Assembly (NCBI GenBank): GCA_035656575.1
Contig: DASRSH010000295.1
Span: 1-55,708 of the forward strand
Source: Opitutaceae bacterium
GTDB lineage: Bacteria; Verrucomicrobiota; Verrucomicrobiia; Opitutales; Opitutaceae
DNA: 55,708 nucleotides
Reading direction: 5' to 3'
Below the pieces are notes generated by a model. That model had not been told where the DNA came from and did no database searches. It was given only the letters and a program-made list of their open reading frames with translations. Position numbers and translations under genes: made by a program. Shown piece after piece: positions 28,925-37,781 of this stretch (position 1 is its first letter; each line of letters begins with the position of its first letter).

Positions 28925-28950
28925 GTCGCCAGCGTCTCGACGCTGGCGAC
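28925..28950 (+). terminator. Candidate stem-loop terminator after the respiratory operon
   Basis: GTCGCCAGCGTC-tc-GACGCTGGCGAC, 14 nt after the TAA at 28909-28911. 12-nt complementary arms (the innermost pairs must open to form a loop). The downstream tract AATTGACAGATT is only weakly U-rich. Confidence 0.4.
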
Positions 28951-29076
28951 AATTGACAGATTCACCCCCCCGGCGGCGCCGTCCGGCGCCTCGCTGACGG
29001 CCCCCGGCCGGCGAGGGAAAAGAACCATGCCGGAGCCGCTGGCGCTGTGGTCCGGCCGCCGCCGTGCAATCAAACG

Positions 29077-29301
29077 TCAGGCCGCGTCGGTGGCCTCCAG
29101 AATCTCGACGCTCACGACGATGGGCAGGTTGACCCACTCGACTCCCCCATCGGGCTTCTCAATCATCGCGCGCGGCTCCCGGTGAAAAAGAAAGATGAAG
29201 TCGGGATGCGGCACATCCAGCCGCCGCCCGTCAGCCAAGTGCAGCCGCAACGGGCGAAAGGGAGCTTTTTGCAGGAGCTGCCGCAAGGCATCGGAATTCA
29301 T
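29077..29301 (-). CDS. Hypothetical small protein (74 aa)
   Basis: ATG-initiated ORF with a balanced, non-low-complexity composition (MNSDALRQLLQKAPFRPLRLHLADGRRLDVPHPDFIFLF...). I recognise no motif. Confidence 0.45.
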   Translation of the reverse strand: MNSDALRQLLQKAPFRPLRLHLADGRRLDVPHPDFIFLFHREPRAMIEKPDGGVEWVNLPIVVSVEILEATDAA

Positions 29302-29363
29302 CGTAGCGAATAACAGATGCGGGAATTAGGGTTGTAGGCCCCAGCCATCCTGACAATCTCGCA

Positions 29364-30257
29364 ATGATGGCTGGGTGCAGAATATACTGGCGGGCGCTTT
29401 TCGTCGGCATCGCGGCCGCCGTCAGCCTCCAGGCCGACGACGTCCCCACTGTCGTCCCGCCCCTCAACGCGGATCCTTCCCCGGACTATTATGCGGGCAA
29501 GATCGTCTGGGCGAACCTGTACACCACCGACGTCGCGGCGTCGACGAAGTTTTACACCCAGCTCTTTGGCTGGACCGCCCAGTCGGTCCCGGGGCGCGGG
29601 CCGCGGTCGATCCTTGCGCTGAACGGCCGCCCGATCGCGGGCGTCGTCACGCGGTCGGCGCGAATGCGGGACCTGGCCCATGGCCGGTGGGTTCCTTTTG
29701 CTTCGGTGCCGGACGTGGCGGCGGCCCTGTCCGCCGCCGCGGCGGACGGAGGGCGGACCCTGCATGCGGCGCATTCGGTGCCCGACCGGGGCGAACAGGG
29801 AGTCTTCGCGGATGCGGAGGGCGCGCTTTTCGGGGTGATCCATTCGAGTTCGGGCGACCCGGGCGAGTACCTGGCCGAACCGGGAGAGTGGGTCTGGGCG
29901 GAATTGTTCGCCCGGGACACCGAGGCCGAAGCGAAATTCTACGCGGACGTGGCGGGCTACGAGCCCGTCCCCGACCGCCGGACAGCGGAGCCCAATCGCT
30001 TCGTGCTGGTGAGCGGGAGCTATTCCCGGGCCAGCATCGTGCCGGTGCCGAATAGGCCCCGCGCGCATCCGGCCTGGCTCCTGTTTGTCCGGGTGCAGGA
30101 TGTGAAGGCGGCCGCGGATCAGGCCGCGGCGCTGGGCGGACGCGTGATCATCGCCCCGAGCCTGTCGCCTTTGCACCACGAGCAGGCGATTGTCGCCGAT
30201 CCGACCGGCGGGGCGGTGGGACTGGTCGAACTGCCGGCCGCGGAGGATTCACGGTGA
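29364..30257 (+). CDS. Secreted two-domain VOC (glyoxalase/bleomycin-resistance fold) family protein
   Basis: Signal peptide (ALFVGIAAAVSLQA/DD). Two repeats of the pattern ...W(A)(N/E)L(Y/F)..D...(S/A)..FY..(L/V)(F/A)GW/Y... and ...GG(R)...(P)..., typical of tandem VOC modules. Confidence 0.65.
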   Translation: MMAGCRIYWRALFVGIAAAVSLQADDVPTVVPPLNADPSPDYYAGKIVWANLYTTDVAASTKFYTQLFGWTAQSVPGRGPRSILALNGRPIAGVVTRSARMRDLAHGRWVPFASVPDVAAALSAAAADGGRTLHAAHSVPDRGEQGVFADAEGALFGVIHSSSGDPGEYLAEPGEWVWAELFARDTEAEAKFYADVAGYEPVPDRRTAEPNRFVLVSGSYSRASIVPVPNRPRAHPAWLLFVRVQDVKAAADQAAALGGRVIIAPSLSPLHHEQAIVADPTGGAVGLVELPAAEDSR

Positions 30258-30724
30258 ATCCGCGGGCGGCCGTCCTTGCGCTCGGGACCGCGGGCTTGGC
30301 CCTGTGCGCCGCCGCGTTTTGGGGCTGCGCCACCGTCGCGGGCGGCGGCGGCGAGGAATTGATGTACAATCCGCCCGTCGACTACTCGTACGTGGGGGTG
30401 GATTTTGACAGCCCGCCCTACGGCCCGGAATATGCGTACGGTGCCTATCCGAATCGGCCGGGCGGCCGGCCGGCCGGCGGCCATCCGGGGAACGGCCATC
30501 CCGGAGAGGGCGGCAAACCGGGTGGGGGCGGGGGACGGCCCGCGCCCGGTCACGGCTCGCCGCCTTCGATTCCGAGCACGCCCCGCCCCTCGGGCGGCGG
30601 CGGGCATGGCGGCTGGGGTGGCGGCGGCGGTGGCGGCCATTCCGGCGGTGGCGGCGGCGGGGGTGGAGGAGGAGGCGGCCGTGGCGGTGGCGACGGGGGG
30701 AGCAGCGGCGGCAACCGCAAGTAG
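30254..30724 (+). CDS. Secreted Gly/His/Tyr/Pro-rich low-complexity protein (156 aa)
   Basis: GTG start overlapping the upstream TGA (GTGA). Signal peptide with Cys residues (LALCAAAFWGC). Tyr/Pro-rich segment YNPPVDYSYVGVDFDSPPYGPEYAYGAYP, then GHPGNGHPGEGG... and long poly-Gly. High GC3 supports this frame. Confidence 0.55.
   Translation: MNPRAAVLALGTAGLALCAAAFWGCATVAGGGGEELMYNPPVDYSYVGVDFDSPPYGPEYAYGAYPNRPGGRPAGGHPGNGHPGEGGKPGGGGGRPAPGHGSPPSIPSTPRPSGGGGHGGWGGGGGGGHSGGGGGGGGGGGGRGGGDGGSSGGNRK
30593..30712 (+). repeat. (GGN)n low-complexity coding repeat (poly-Gly with interspersed His/Trp/Ser)
   Basis: Read directly: ggcggcggcgggcatggcggctggggtggcggcggcggtggcggccattccggcggtggcggcggcggggg... 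It encodes GGGGHGGWGGGGGGGHSGGGGGGGGGGGGRGGGDGG. Confidence 0.9.
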
Positions 30725-30728
30725 CCGA

Positions 30729-31301
30729 TTGAAGACCATCGCGGTCGACCTGGACGATACCCTCAACAACTTTTCCGAGGTCTTGCACTCGGGGGAGTTC
30801 GCCAACGACCCGGCCGACGCCCTCTCCGAGGAGAAATTCCGAACCTACCGCGACCGCGTCCTGCGGGACGAGGATGAGGACACGGACCTGCTCAGCACCG
30901 AGTTCACCTATTTCCGGGCCCGGCTTCATCTCCGCTGTTTTGCCCGTACGGTGCCGCAGCGGGATGCGGCCCCGTTCATGCGCGGACTGCGCCGCGACGG
31001 CTGGCGGATCGTGATCTGCACCCGGCGCGATCTGCGCCGCGCGCACGGCTATACGCACCGCTGGCTGACCGAACAGGAAATTCCCTTCGACTATCTGTTC
31101 ACGGCCGGCAACAAGATCGCGTTTTGCGCCCTGTGGAAGATACCCTTCCTGGTCGACGACGACCTGTTCAGCATCGAGCACGGCCGCCGCTTCGGGGTGC
31201 AGGTGTTTTATCCGGCGATGGCGAAGCACGCCGGCATCGATCCGCGCGGGGCCAAGGGCTTCGCGGCGTTCGCGGAGGTCCGGCCATGGATCGGCGCCTA
31301 G
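30729..31301 (+). CDS. HAD-superfamily phosphatase, 5'(3')-deoxyribonucleotidase (NT5C)-like
   Basis: Track ORF 30405..31301 trimmed to the TTG at 30729, giving (M)KTIAVDLDDTLNNF. All four HAD motifs are present: DLDDT (I), ICTRR (II), GNK (III), LVDDD (IV). The upstream 108 codons are an Ala/Arg-rich read-through over the poly-Gly gene. Confidence 0.65.
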   Translation: MKTIAVDLDDTLNNFSEVLHSGEFANDPADALSEEKFRTYRDRVLRDEDEDTDLLSTEFTYFRARLHLRCFARTVPQRDAAPFMRGLRRDGWRIVICTRRDLRRAHGYTHRWLTEQEIPFDYLFTAGNKIAFCALWKIPFLVDDDLFSIEHGRRFGVQVFYPAMAKHAGIDPRGAKGFAAFAEVRPWIGA

Positions 31302-32041
31302 AGCTCGTCCGGCGCTATTACGCGCCGCTCTCGACGGCCACCGTGAAGCTGGAAACCACCCAGCACGGGTTCGGCTTCCTGGAGGCGCTGACGCGCCGGG
31401 GCGCCCGGCTGGAGTACGGCGAACTGACGCTGCACGGCGCGTTGCACAAGTACAAGCTATCGGGCGTTCCCCCCGAGCAGTGGGACGAATTGCTGGCGGA
31501 CCACGTCGCCAAGCGCGCCAACGTCTGCCTGTACTTCGGGCCGGCGGAAAACGCGCTGTTCGCATTCAACCTCGACAACAACCGCCGCGAGAAGAACACC
31601 GAGGTGATTCCGGAAATGACCTTGGCGGTGGCGGGCGTGCGCGAGCGCCTCGAGGCCCACGGCCTGCGGCCGCTCGTGATCGCCAGCGGACGCGGTTATC
31701 ATATCTGGTGCCGATTGGACGCGCCCCGTCGCAATGAGGAAATCTACCGCTTCATGCTCAGCCAGGCGGTGCAGACCGCGGCCGGAATCCATTTCCAGGG
31801 TGGGGACCGCCACCGGGTCAAATTCAACTTCTATCCCGATCCCCATACGGACAATTTGGTGTCCCTGCGCCTCTTCGGGTCCGATCACGCCAAGAACCAG
31901 GTCTTCAGCCGGGTGTTCACCCGGGACGGTCTTCTGGATGAGCCGCAGTCCTGGGACTGGTTCGAGCGCCACGTGAACGCCGGCCCGGTTTCGGCAGGCG
32001 TCTTCGACGCGGCGCTGAAGGGGTCGGGCGCCCGTGCTTGA
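31286..32041 (+). CDS. Hypothetical protein with archaeo-eukaryotic primase (AEP / primase-polymerase)-like motifs
   Basis: Track ORF 31124..32041 trimmed to the ATG at 31286 (16-nt overlap with the HAD gene). VCLYFGPAENALFAFNLDNN (motif I-like hairpin, NxD instead of DxD/E), VIASGRGYHIWCRLD (motif II sGxGxHhh), DNLVSLRLFGSDHAKN (motif III-like D...RhxGSxHxK). Confidence 0.5.
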   Translation: MDRRLELVRRYYAPLSTATVKLETTQHGFGFLEALTRRGARLEYGELTLHGALHKYKLSGVPPEQWDELLADHVAKRANVCLYFGPAENALFAFNLDNNRREKNTEVIPEMTLAVAGVRERLEAHGLRPLVIASGRGYHIWCRLDAPRRNEEIYRFMLSQAVQTAAGIHFQGGDRHRVKFNFYPDPHTDNLVSLRLFGSDHAKNQVFSRVFTRDGLLDEPQSWDWFERHVNAGPVSAGVFDAALKGSGARA

Positions 32042-32101
32042 CCGCAACCGCGGCGCGCTGCGGCGCACGATCGCAGCGACGAATTGCCTGCCCGACCCTG
32101 C

Positions 32102-32464
32102 TTAGGATTCGATCGAGCAAACCGCCAACTCATTGCCGCCAGGCTCGACGAAATGAAAGCGGCGCCCGCCGGGATATGAAAAGATGGGCTTGGTAATCCT
32201 GCCGCCCTCGGCGACGACCTTGTCGCAGGCAGCCTCGAGCTGCTGGTTGAAGAGAACGACGAGCGGCCCGCCGGCGGCAATGCTTCCCTGCGCCGATGAG
32301 CGGCAGATGCCTCCGGAAACGGCCGGATCCTGCTCTTCGAATGAGGCGTAGTCCGGCCCGTAGTCCTTGAACGTCCAGCCGAACGCAGCCGTGAAAAACG
32401 CCTTGGTCTTCGCCAGGTCCGCCGTCTGGAATTCGATGTAAATGATCTTGTTGGTGCGGTCCAT
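32102..32464 (-). CDS. Single-domain VOC/glyoxalase-fold protein (120 aa)
   Basis: Track ORF 32102..32599 trimmed to the ATG at 32464. IIYIEFQTADLAKTKAFFTAAFGWTF...GGRRFHFVEPGGNELAV is the typical VOC pattern. Confidence 0.7.
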   Translation of the reverse strand: MDRTNKIIYIEFQTADLAKTKAFFTAAFGWTFKDYGPDYASFEEQDPAVSGGICRSSAQGSIAAGGPLVVLFNQQLEAACDKVVAEGGRITKPIFSYPGGRRFHFVEPGGNELAVCSIES

Positions 32465-32567
32465 GGCCCGATTTTGCGCCCTGGGGCGGGGCCTGGCAAG
32501 AAACGTTCCAACGTTGGTACGCCGAAGGCGTTTGATTTGAAGCCGGGCCCGGCAACGCTGGCGGGAG

Positions 32568-33917
32568 ATGCTTCGGACCGAGAACCTGTTTCGGCTCACC
32601 TGGCCGATCTACGTGCAGCAGATGACGCAGAGCTTCGTGCTCCTGGCGGATTTTTGGTTCTTTTCCCGGCTCTCGGACACCATCGCCGCGACCATCGGCC
32701 AGCTCATGCCGATCGTGTGGATGGGCGCTTTCGTCATTCCCGTGTTCGCCGGAACGGGAGTCGCGGTCGCGACGCAGTTCATGGGCGCAAAGCGCTTCGA
32801 CCGCGTCGTCCCCACCTACCAGACGAACCTCTGCCTCACGGTGGCGATGGGAGCGGTGTTCGCCCTGCTCATGCGCCTGCTTGCATCCGACGTAGGGCCG
32901 TGGATGGGCATGAACGCCCGGGAAAGCGCGATCGGGACGGCCTATCTGGGGACGTTTGCGGCTTACTTCGTCTTCGTGGGCATCCTGGTGGGCTACAATG
33001 CCGTACTCTCCTCCCGCGGGCTGACCCACTGGCTCATGTACAGCTCGGCCGTCGTGGCGACCCTCAACGTGGCGCTCGCGGCCACGTTCGTCCTGGCCTT
33101 TCACTGGGGCGTGCGCGGAATCGCACTGGCCTCGGTCATCAGCGTGGCGGCGGCGGCGGCGCTTTCGGCCTGGCTGGTGCACGGCCCCCTGGGGATTCGC
33201 TTCCATCGCCGGAACGCCTGGCGCGACATGGCCGAGGTGCTGCCGCCGGTGCTGCGGATCGGCGTCGCCAACGCCATGGAGCCCTTCAGCTACGCCGCCC
33301 AGCAGACCATCCTGTCGACCTTGATCGTCGCCCTGGGCGTGAAGGCGATGGCGGCCAACAATTATGCCAGCCGCCCCCAGGTCTTTCAGATCATCTTTTC
33401 GGTGTCGCTGGCCCTGGCGGCGCAAATCCTGATGGGGCACTGGACCGGGGCCAAGCGCTTCGCCGATGTCGACCGCCTGTACTGGACGGCGATCCGCCGC
33501 GCCTGCTTCGTCGCGGCCGTCTACGCGCTCACGCTCTGGTTCTTCTCCGATCCCGTGCTGGGCTTTTTCACGCACGATCCCGCCATCAAGCACCTGGGCA
33601 AGACCCTGCTTCTGATCGCCGCCTTCTACGAGCCCGCGCGCGCCGTGAACATCATCACCGGCAACGCCCTCAAGACGGTCGGCGACGCCCATTTCCCCAT
33701 GATCGTCGCCGTCGTCTTCATTTGGGGCATCGTCCCGGTGGTCCTGTACATCGACCACCGCTGGCACCTTTCCCTGGCCGGCTTCTGGATCTGCTTTGCC
33801 GCCGACGAAATCATCCGCAGCCTGATCAACCTTTGGCGCTGGCGCACGGGCCGCTGGAAATCCATGGGCATCGTCCACCACCTTCCCGTCCCGGTGTTCG
33901 GGGGCGGGGAGGTGTAG
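32568..33917 (+). CDS. MATE family efflux transporter
   Basis: 449 aa, 12 TM helices. N-terminal LFRLTWPIYVQQMTQ... and an internal repeat ...VLRIGVANAMEPFSY..., typical of MATE (NorM/DinF-like). Confidence 0.85.
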   Translation: MLRTENLFRLTWPIYVQQMTQSFVLLADFWFFSRLSDTIAATIGQLMPIVWMGAFVIPVFAGTGVAVATQFMGAKRFDRVVPTYQTNLCLTVAMGAVFALLMRLLASDVGPWMGMNARESAIGTAYLGTFAAYFVFVGILVGYNAVLSSRGLTHWLMYSSAVVATLNVALAATFVLAFHWGVRGIALASVISVAAAAALSAWLVHGPLGIRFHRRNAWRDMAEVLPPVLRIGVANAMEPFSYAAQQTILSTLIVALGVKAMAANNYASRPQVFQIIFSVSLALAAQILMGHWTGAKRFADVDRLYWTAIRRACFVAAVYALTLWFFSDPVLGFFTHDPAIKHLGKTLLLIAAFYEPARAVNIITGNALKTVGDAHFPMIVAVVFIWGIVPVVLYIDHRWHLSLAGFWICFAADEIIRSLINLWRWRTGRWKSMGIVHHLPVPVFGGGEV

Positions 33918-34916
33918 CTAATCGCCCAGCCGCTTGTCCGGGATCAGATAGTTCTGAACGTAGTCGAGAACGGCGTTGGGCAGGGGAGTGATGGGGCGGG
34001 AGAAGCCGGAGGCGCGAAGCTTGCCGATGTCGGCCTGCGTGAAGTACTGGTACTTGCCGCGCAGGGTCTCGGGCATGTCGATGAAGTCGATTTCCGGCCG
34101 GCGGCCGAGGGCGGCGAAGATCGCGCCCACGAGCGCGAGCCAGGTGTTGGCTTCGCCGCTGCCGAGGTTGAACAGGCCCCCGGCCGAGGCGCCGCCCTCG
34201 GCGAAGTGCAGCGTCATCTCGACGGCGTCCTTGACGTAGAGAAAATCGCGCTTCTGCTCGCCGTCCTTGTACTCGGGCCGCCCGCTCTTGAACAGCCGGA
34301 CGCGGCCGGTGTCGCGAATCTGCGCGAAGGCCTTGTTGACCAGGGAGCGCATGTCCCCCTTGTGGTCCTCGTTCGGCCCATAGACGTTGAAGTACTTGAG
34401 GCCGACGATCCGATCGAGCCAGCCCTGCCGCTGGGCGTATTGGTCGAAGCGGTGCTTGGAATAGCCGTACATGTTGAGCGGCCGCAGCCGGCCGAGGTCC
34501 GGCTCGGTGTCGGACATGCCGGCGGAGCCGTCGCCATAGGTGGCGCCGGAGGACGCGTAGATGAAGCGCGAGCCGTGCTTGAGCGCCCACGCCGCCAGCT
34601 CCTGGGTGTAGGCCGTGTTGTTGTCGGCCAGATAGGACGCATTGCGTTCGGTCGTCGCCGAGCACGCCCCGAGGTGAAAGACGCACGCGAAAGGACCGAA
34701 CGCCGCCGGATTGGCCGCCAGCGCCGGCCGAAACCGGTCGGCTTCCACATAGTCGGCGAACTTGAGCGGCGCCAGATTGCGCCATTTCTCATCCTGCCCG
34801 AGGATGTCGCTGATCACGATGTCGTCGATCCCGCGGCGGTTGAGCGCCCAGACGAGCGCGCTGCCGATGAAGCCGGCGCCGCCGGTGACGAGAATTCGGC
34901 CTGCGAGGTGGTCCAT
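33918..34916 (-). CDS. hldD: ADP-L-glycero-D-manno-heptose 6-epimerase
   Basis: Track ORF 33918..35330 trimmed to the ATG at 34916. ILVTGGAGFIGSALV (Rossmann), ASSGATYG, YGYSKHRFD (YxxxK), LKYFNVYGPNEDHKG, the HldD/RfaD signature. Confidence 0.85.
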   Translation of the reverse strand: MDHLAGRILVTGGAGFIGSALVWALNRRGIDDIVISDILGQDEKWRNLAPLKFADYVEADRFRPALAANPAAFGPFACVFHLGACSATTERNASYLADNNTAYTQELAAWALKHGSRFIYASSGATYGDGSAGMSDTEPDLGRLRPLNMYGYSKHRFDQYAQRQGWLDRIVGLKYFNVYGPNEDHKGDMRSLVNKAFAQIRDTGRVRLFKSGRPEYKDGEQKRDFLYVKDAVEMTLHFAEGGASAGGLFNLGSGEANTWLALVGAIFAALGRRPEIDFIDMPETLRGKYQYFTQADIGKLRASGFSRPITPLPNAVLDYVQNYLIPDKRLGD

Positions 34917-34918
34917 GG

Positions 34919-35719
34919 TCAGTCGCGGGAAAGCTCCTCGGAGCGGGCGCGCGCGGTTTGCACGACGTCCGCGATCAGCGCGCGAAAATTGCCCGCGGCC
35001 AGGCGCCGCAGGCCGGCGAAGGTCACGCCGTTGGGCGAGGTCACCTCGTCGCGCAGCTTTTCCGGCGCGACCCCGCGCCGGGCCTGCAGCCGGCCGGCGC
35101 CGAGCACGGTCTCGACCGCGAGCGTTTCGGCGAGCGCCGGCTCGAGCCCGGCGGCCACGCCCGCGTCGCGCAGCGCCGCGGTGAATTCGAACACGAACGC
35201 CGGTCCGCTGCCGCTCACGGCGGTCAACGCGTCCATGCGATCCTCCGGCACCTCGATCTCGCGGCCCATCGCGGCCAGGAGATTCTGCACCAGGTCGCGA
35301 TCGGAAGGATCCAGGGGCCGCAGCGCGCACCAGCCGGTCATGCCTGCGCCGATGCGGCTGGGCGTATTCGGCATGGCGCGAACGATGTTGCGGGCCTGGG
35401 GGAAAACCTTCTGCAGGGCGGACAGGCGCTTGCCGGCCAGAACGGACAGGACGAGCTTGCCCGCCGTCAGGGCGGACAGCTTGGCGTCCGCCGCGGCCAG
35501 GTGCTGGGGCTTGAAGGCGACCACCAGGACGGAGGCAGTCGCCAGCAGCTCCTCCAGGGTTTGGGCGGCGCGGATCCCGGTGCGCTGGGCGAGCGCCTGG
35601 GCCGAGCGCCCGGAGGCGGTGAAACAGCAGAGCGCTTCCGGCCCGCGGGAGGCGAGCAGCCCGTCGACCATCGCGCCGGCCATGTTGCCGGCCCCGAGGA
35701 TGGCGATGGACGGACTCAC
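34919..35719 (-). CDS. proC: Pyrroline-5-carboxylate reductase
   Basis: IAILGAGNMAGAMV, VVAFKPQ, RAMPNTPSRIG, SGSGPAFVFEF and VTSPNGVTFAGL are ProC signatures. Confidence 0.9.
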   Translation of the reverse strand: MSPSIAILGAGNMAGAMVDGLLASRGPEALCCFTASGRSAQALAQRTGIRAAQTLEELLATASVLVVAFKPQHLAAADAKLSALTAGKLVLSVLAGKRLSALQKVFPQARNIVRAMPNTPSRIGAGMTGWCALRPLDPSDRDLVQNLLAAMGREIEVPEDRMDALTAVSGSGPAFVFEFTAALRDAGVAAGLEPALAETLAVETVLGAGRLQARRGVAPEKLRDEVTSPNGVTFAGLRRLAAGNFRALIADVVQTARARSEELSRD

Positions 35720-36921
35720 AGGGGCAGGGAGCGCGTAAACGCCTCGGCGTGCTCCCCTTCGTCCGGCGGCTTGGGCTCCAGGGGATGCAGCAGGATCGCG
35801 CTCGCGCCGCCGCCCGGCCGGTTCACGACCGTGACTTCGCCGCCGAGATTGCGCAGCGCGTGCCGGGCCATGGTGAGACCCATGCCCACGCCCACGGTGG
35901 CCTTGGAGCTGACGAAAGGCTCGAACATCTGGTCGGCCATTTCCGGGTCAATGCCGCGGCCGCGGTCCTCCACGCGGATTTCGGCGAAACGCCCGTCGCC
36001 GGGCCGCTCCGTCAGCCGCACCGAGATCTCGATCGGGCGCCGGTCCGGCGGCGCGTCGCCGTAGGACTCCCAGGCGTTGATCAGCACCTTGGATAACGCT
36101 TCCTCCACCAATTCGGTGTTGGTCTCGAAGCTGAGCTCGGCGAGCGAGCTTTCCACTGTGACCGGCGCGTCCAGCCGGTAGTCGCGGTGAAAGCGTTCGA
36201 TGGCGCTCGCCAGGAGGTCGGCCAGGCGGCACTTGCTCAGCGGCGGCCGCGCCTTCACGACCAGGGAGGTGAGCTGGCGGATGATGGCCACGATCCGCTG
36301 CAGCGCGGAATCCACGTGCTGGATGCAATGGTTGACCTGGTCCGGCCGGTCGAGCGACACCTTGACCAGGTCGAGGTATCCGATGGCGACGCCGAGCAGA
36401 TTGTTGAGATTATGCGCGATGCCCTGGGTGACGGCCCCGATGGTGGCGGCGCGGCGGGCTTCCTCCAGGCGCCGCTGCAGGTCGACCATCTCACGGTTGA
36501 TGGCGACGAAGCGCAGCTGCGTCTGCACGCGGGCGAGCGTCTCGTCGAGGTCGATCGGCTTGGTGATGTAATCGACGGCGCCGACGCCCAGGCCCTCGAG
36601 CTTGCTCTCCTTGGTCGTGCGCGCGGTGATGAAGATGACGGGGATGGCGCGGGTCTCCTCGCTCGCCTGCAGCCGCTGGCAGACCTCGATGCCGTCCATG
36701 TCGGGCATCATGACATCGAGCAGGATCAGGTCCGGCTTTTCGCTCTGGATCCGCTCGAGGCCTTCCTTGCCGTTGTAGGCGGGTATGACCTGGAGGTTTT
36801 CGCGCTCGAGCTTGCGCTTGAGGAGCTGGACATTCACCGGCTGGTCGTCAATGACCAGGATCTTGGGCGCGGGCATGGGGTGGGCGGTCGCAGTTGAAGC
36901 GGATTCAGCCGGGCGAGGCAA
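35716..36921 (-). CDS. Hybrid sensor: N-terminal receiver (REC) domain fused to HisKA + HATPase_c histidine kinase
   Basis: [10 protein letters not shown]...[13 protein letters not shown]...VDYITKP (REC); H-box [10 protein letters not shown]; N/G boxes LINAWES, EDRGRGI, GVGMGL. An alternative start at the ATG at 36876 would remove the 17-nt overlap with folD. Confidence 0.85.
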   Translation of the reverse strand: MPRPAESASTATAHPMPAPKILVIDDQPVNVQLLKRKLERENLQVIPAYNGKEGLERIQSEKPDLILLDVMMPDMDGIEVCQRLQASEETRAIPVIFITARTTKESKLEGLGVGAVDYITKPIDLDETLARVQTQLRFVAINREMVDLQRRLEEARRAATIGAVTQGIAHNLNNLLGVAIGYLDLVKVSLDRPDQVNHCIQHVDSALQRIVAIIRQLTSLVVKARPPLSKCRLADLLASAIERFHRDYRLDAPVTVESSLAELSFETNTELVEEALSKVLINAWESYGDAPPDRRPIEISVRLTERPGDGRFAEIRVEDRGRGIDPEMADQMFEPFVSSKATVGVGMGLTMARHALRNLGGEVTVVNRPGGGASAILLHPLEPKPPDEGEHAEAFTRSLPL

Positions 36922-37777
36922 TCCGCGCCTTGAGCGTGTTGCGCATGAGCATGGCGACCGTCATGGGCCCCACGCCGCCGGGAACCGGCGTCAGCCGGGA
37001 GGCGCGCTCGGCGACGCTGGGAAAGTGCACGTCGCCGGTCAGGCGGTAACCGGTCTTGCGCGAGGCATCGGGGACGCGATTCATGCCGACGTCGATCACG
37101 ACGGCGCCGGGCTTGACCATGTCGCCCGTGATCCGTTCAGGCCGGCCAATGGCCGCGATGAGCACGTCGGCCTGGCGGGTGAAGGCGCCGAGATCGGCCG
37201 TGCCCGAATGGCAGACGGTGACCGTGCCGTTCGCCCCGGCCTTCTTTTGCAAAGCCAGCAAGGCCGCGGGCTTGCCCACGATCAGGGATCGCCCGACGAC
37301 GACGACATGGCGGCCGGCGAGATCGACGCCGCTGCGGCGCAGCAGCTCCATGATCCCCGCCGGCGTGCACGACACGAAGCCCGAAGGATCTTCCTGGGCG
37401 ATCTTGCCCAGGTTCAGGGGATGGAAGCCGTCCACGTCCTTGGCCGGCGACACCCGCGCGAAAATGGCGCGTTCGTCCAGCGGCGGCGGGAGCGGGGATT
37501 GAACCAGGATGCCGTCCACCGCCGGATCGGCATTGAGCTCGTCGACCAGCCGGTTCAGGTCCGCCTGGGTGGTGCCCACCGGGCGAAGGATCATCCGGCT
37601 TTGGATCCCAATGGCGGCCGCGGTCTGGTCCTTCTTGCGCACGTACGAAACCGAGGCGGTATCGTCGCCCACGCGCACGAGGGCGAGGCACGGTTTGCGG
37701 CCCGCCAGGGCCGCGGTCTGGGCCGTGAGCTCCGCGATGATGTCCGCCGCGATGCGGTTCCCGTCGATGAGCTCCAT
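36905..37777 (-). CDS. folD: Bifunctional methylenetetrahydrofolate dehydrogenase / methenyl-THF cyclohydrolase
   Basis: [48 protein letters not shown] and [15 protein letters not shown] are FolD signatures. Confidence 0.9.
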   Translation of the reverse strand: MELIDGNRIAADIIAELTAQTAALAGRKPCLALVRVGDDTASVSYVRKKDQTAAAIGIQSRMILRPVGTTQADLNRLVDELNADPAVDGILVQSPLPPPLDERAIFARVSPAKDVDGFHPLNLGKIAQEDPSGFVSCTPAGIMELLRRSGVDLAGRHVVVVGRSLIVGKPAALLALQKKAGANGTVTVCHSGTADLGAFTRQADVLIAAIGRPERITGDMVKPGAVVIDVGMNRVPDASRKTGYRLTGDVHFPSVAERASRLTPVPGGVGPMTVAMLMRNTLKARIASPG

Positions 37778-37781
37778 CGAG

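Noticed and set aside
30405-30728. 108-codon N-terminal extension of the HAD phosphatase ORF starting at the ATG at 30405.
   Set aside because: The extension is Ala/Arg-rich and overlaps the better-supported Gly/Tyr-rich frame. The TTG at 30729 gives the classic HAD N-terminus (M)KTIAVDLDDTL immediately.
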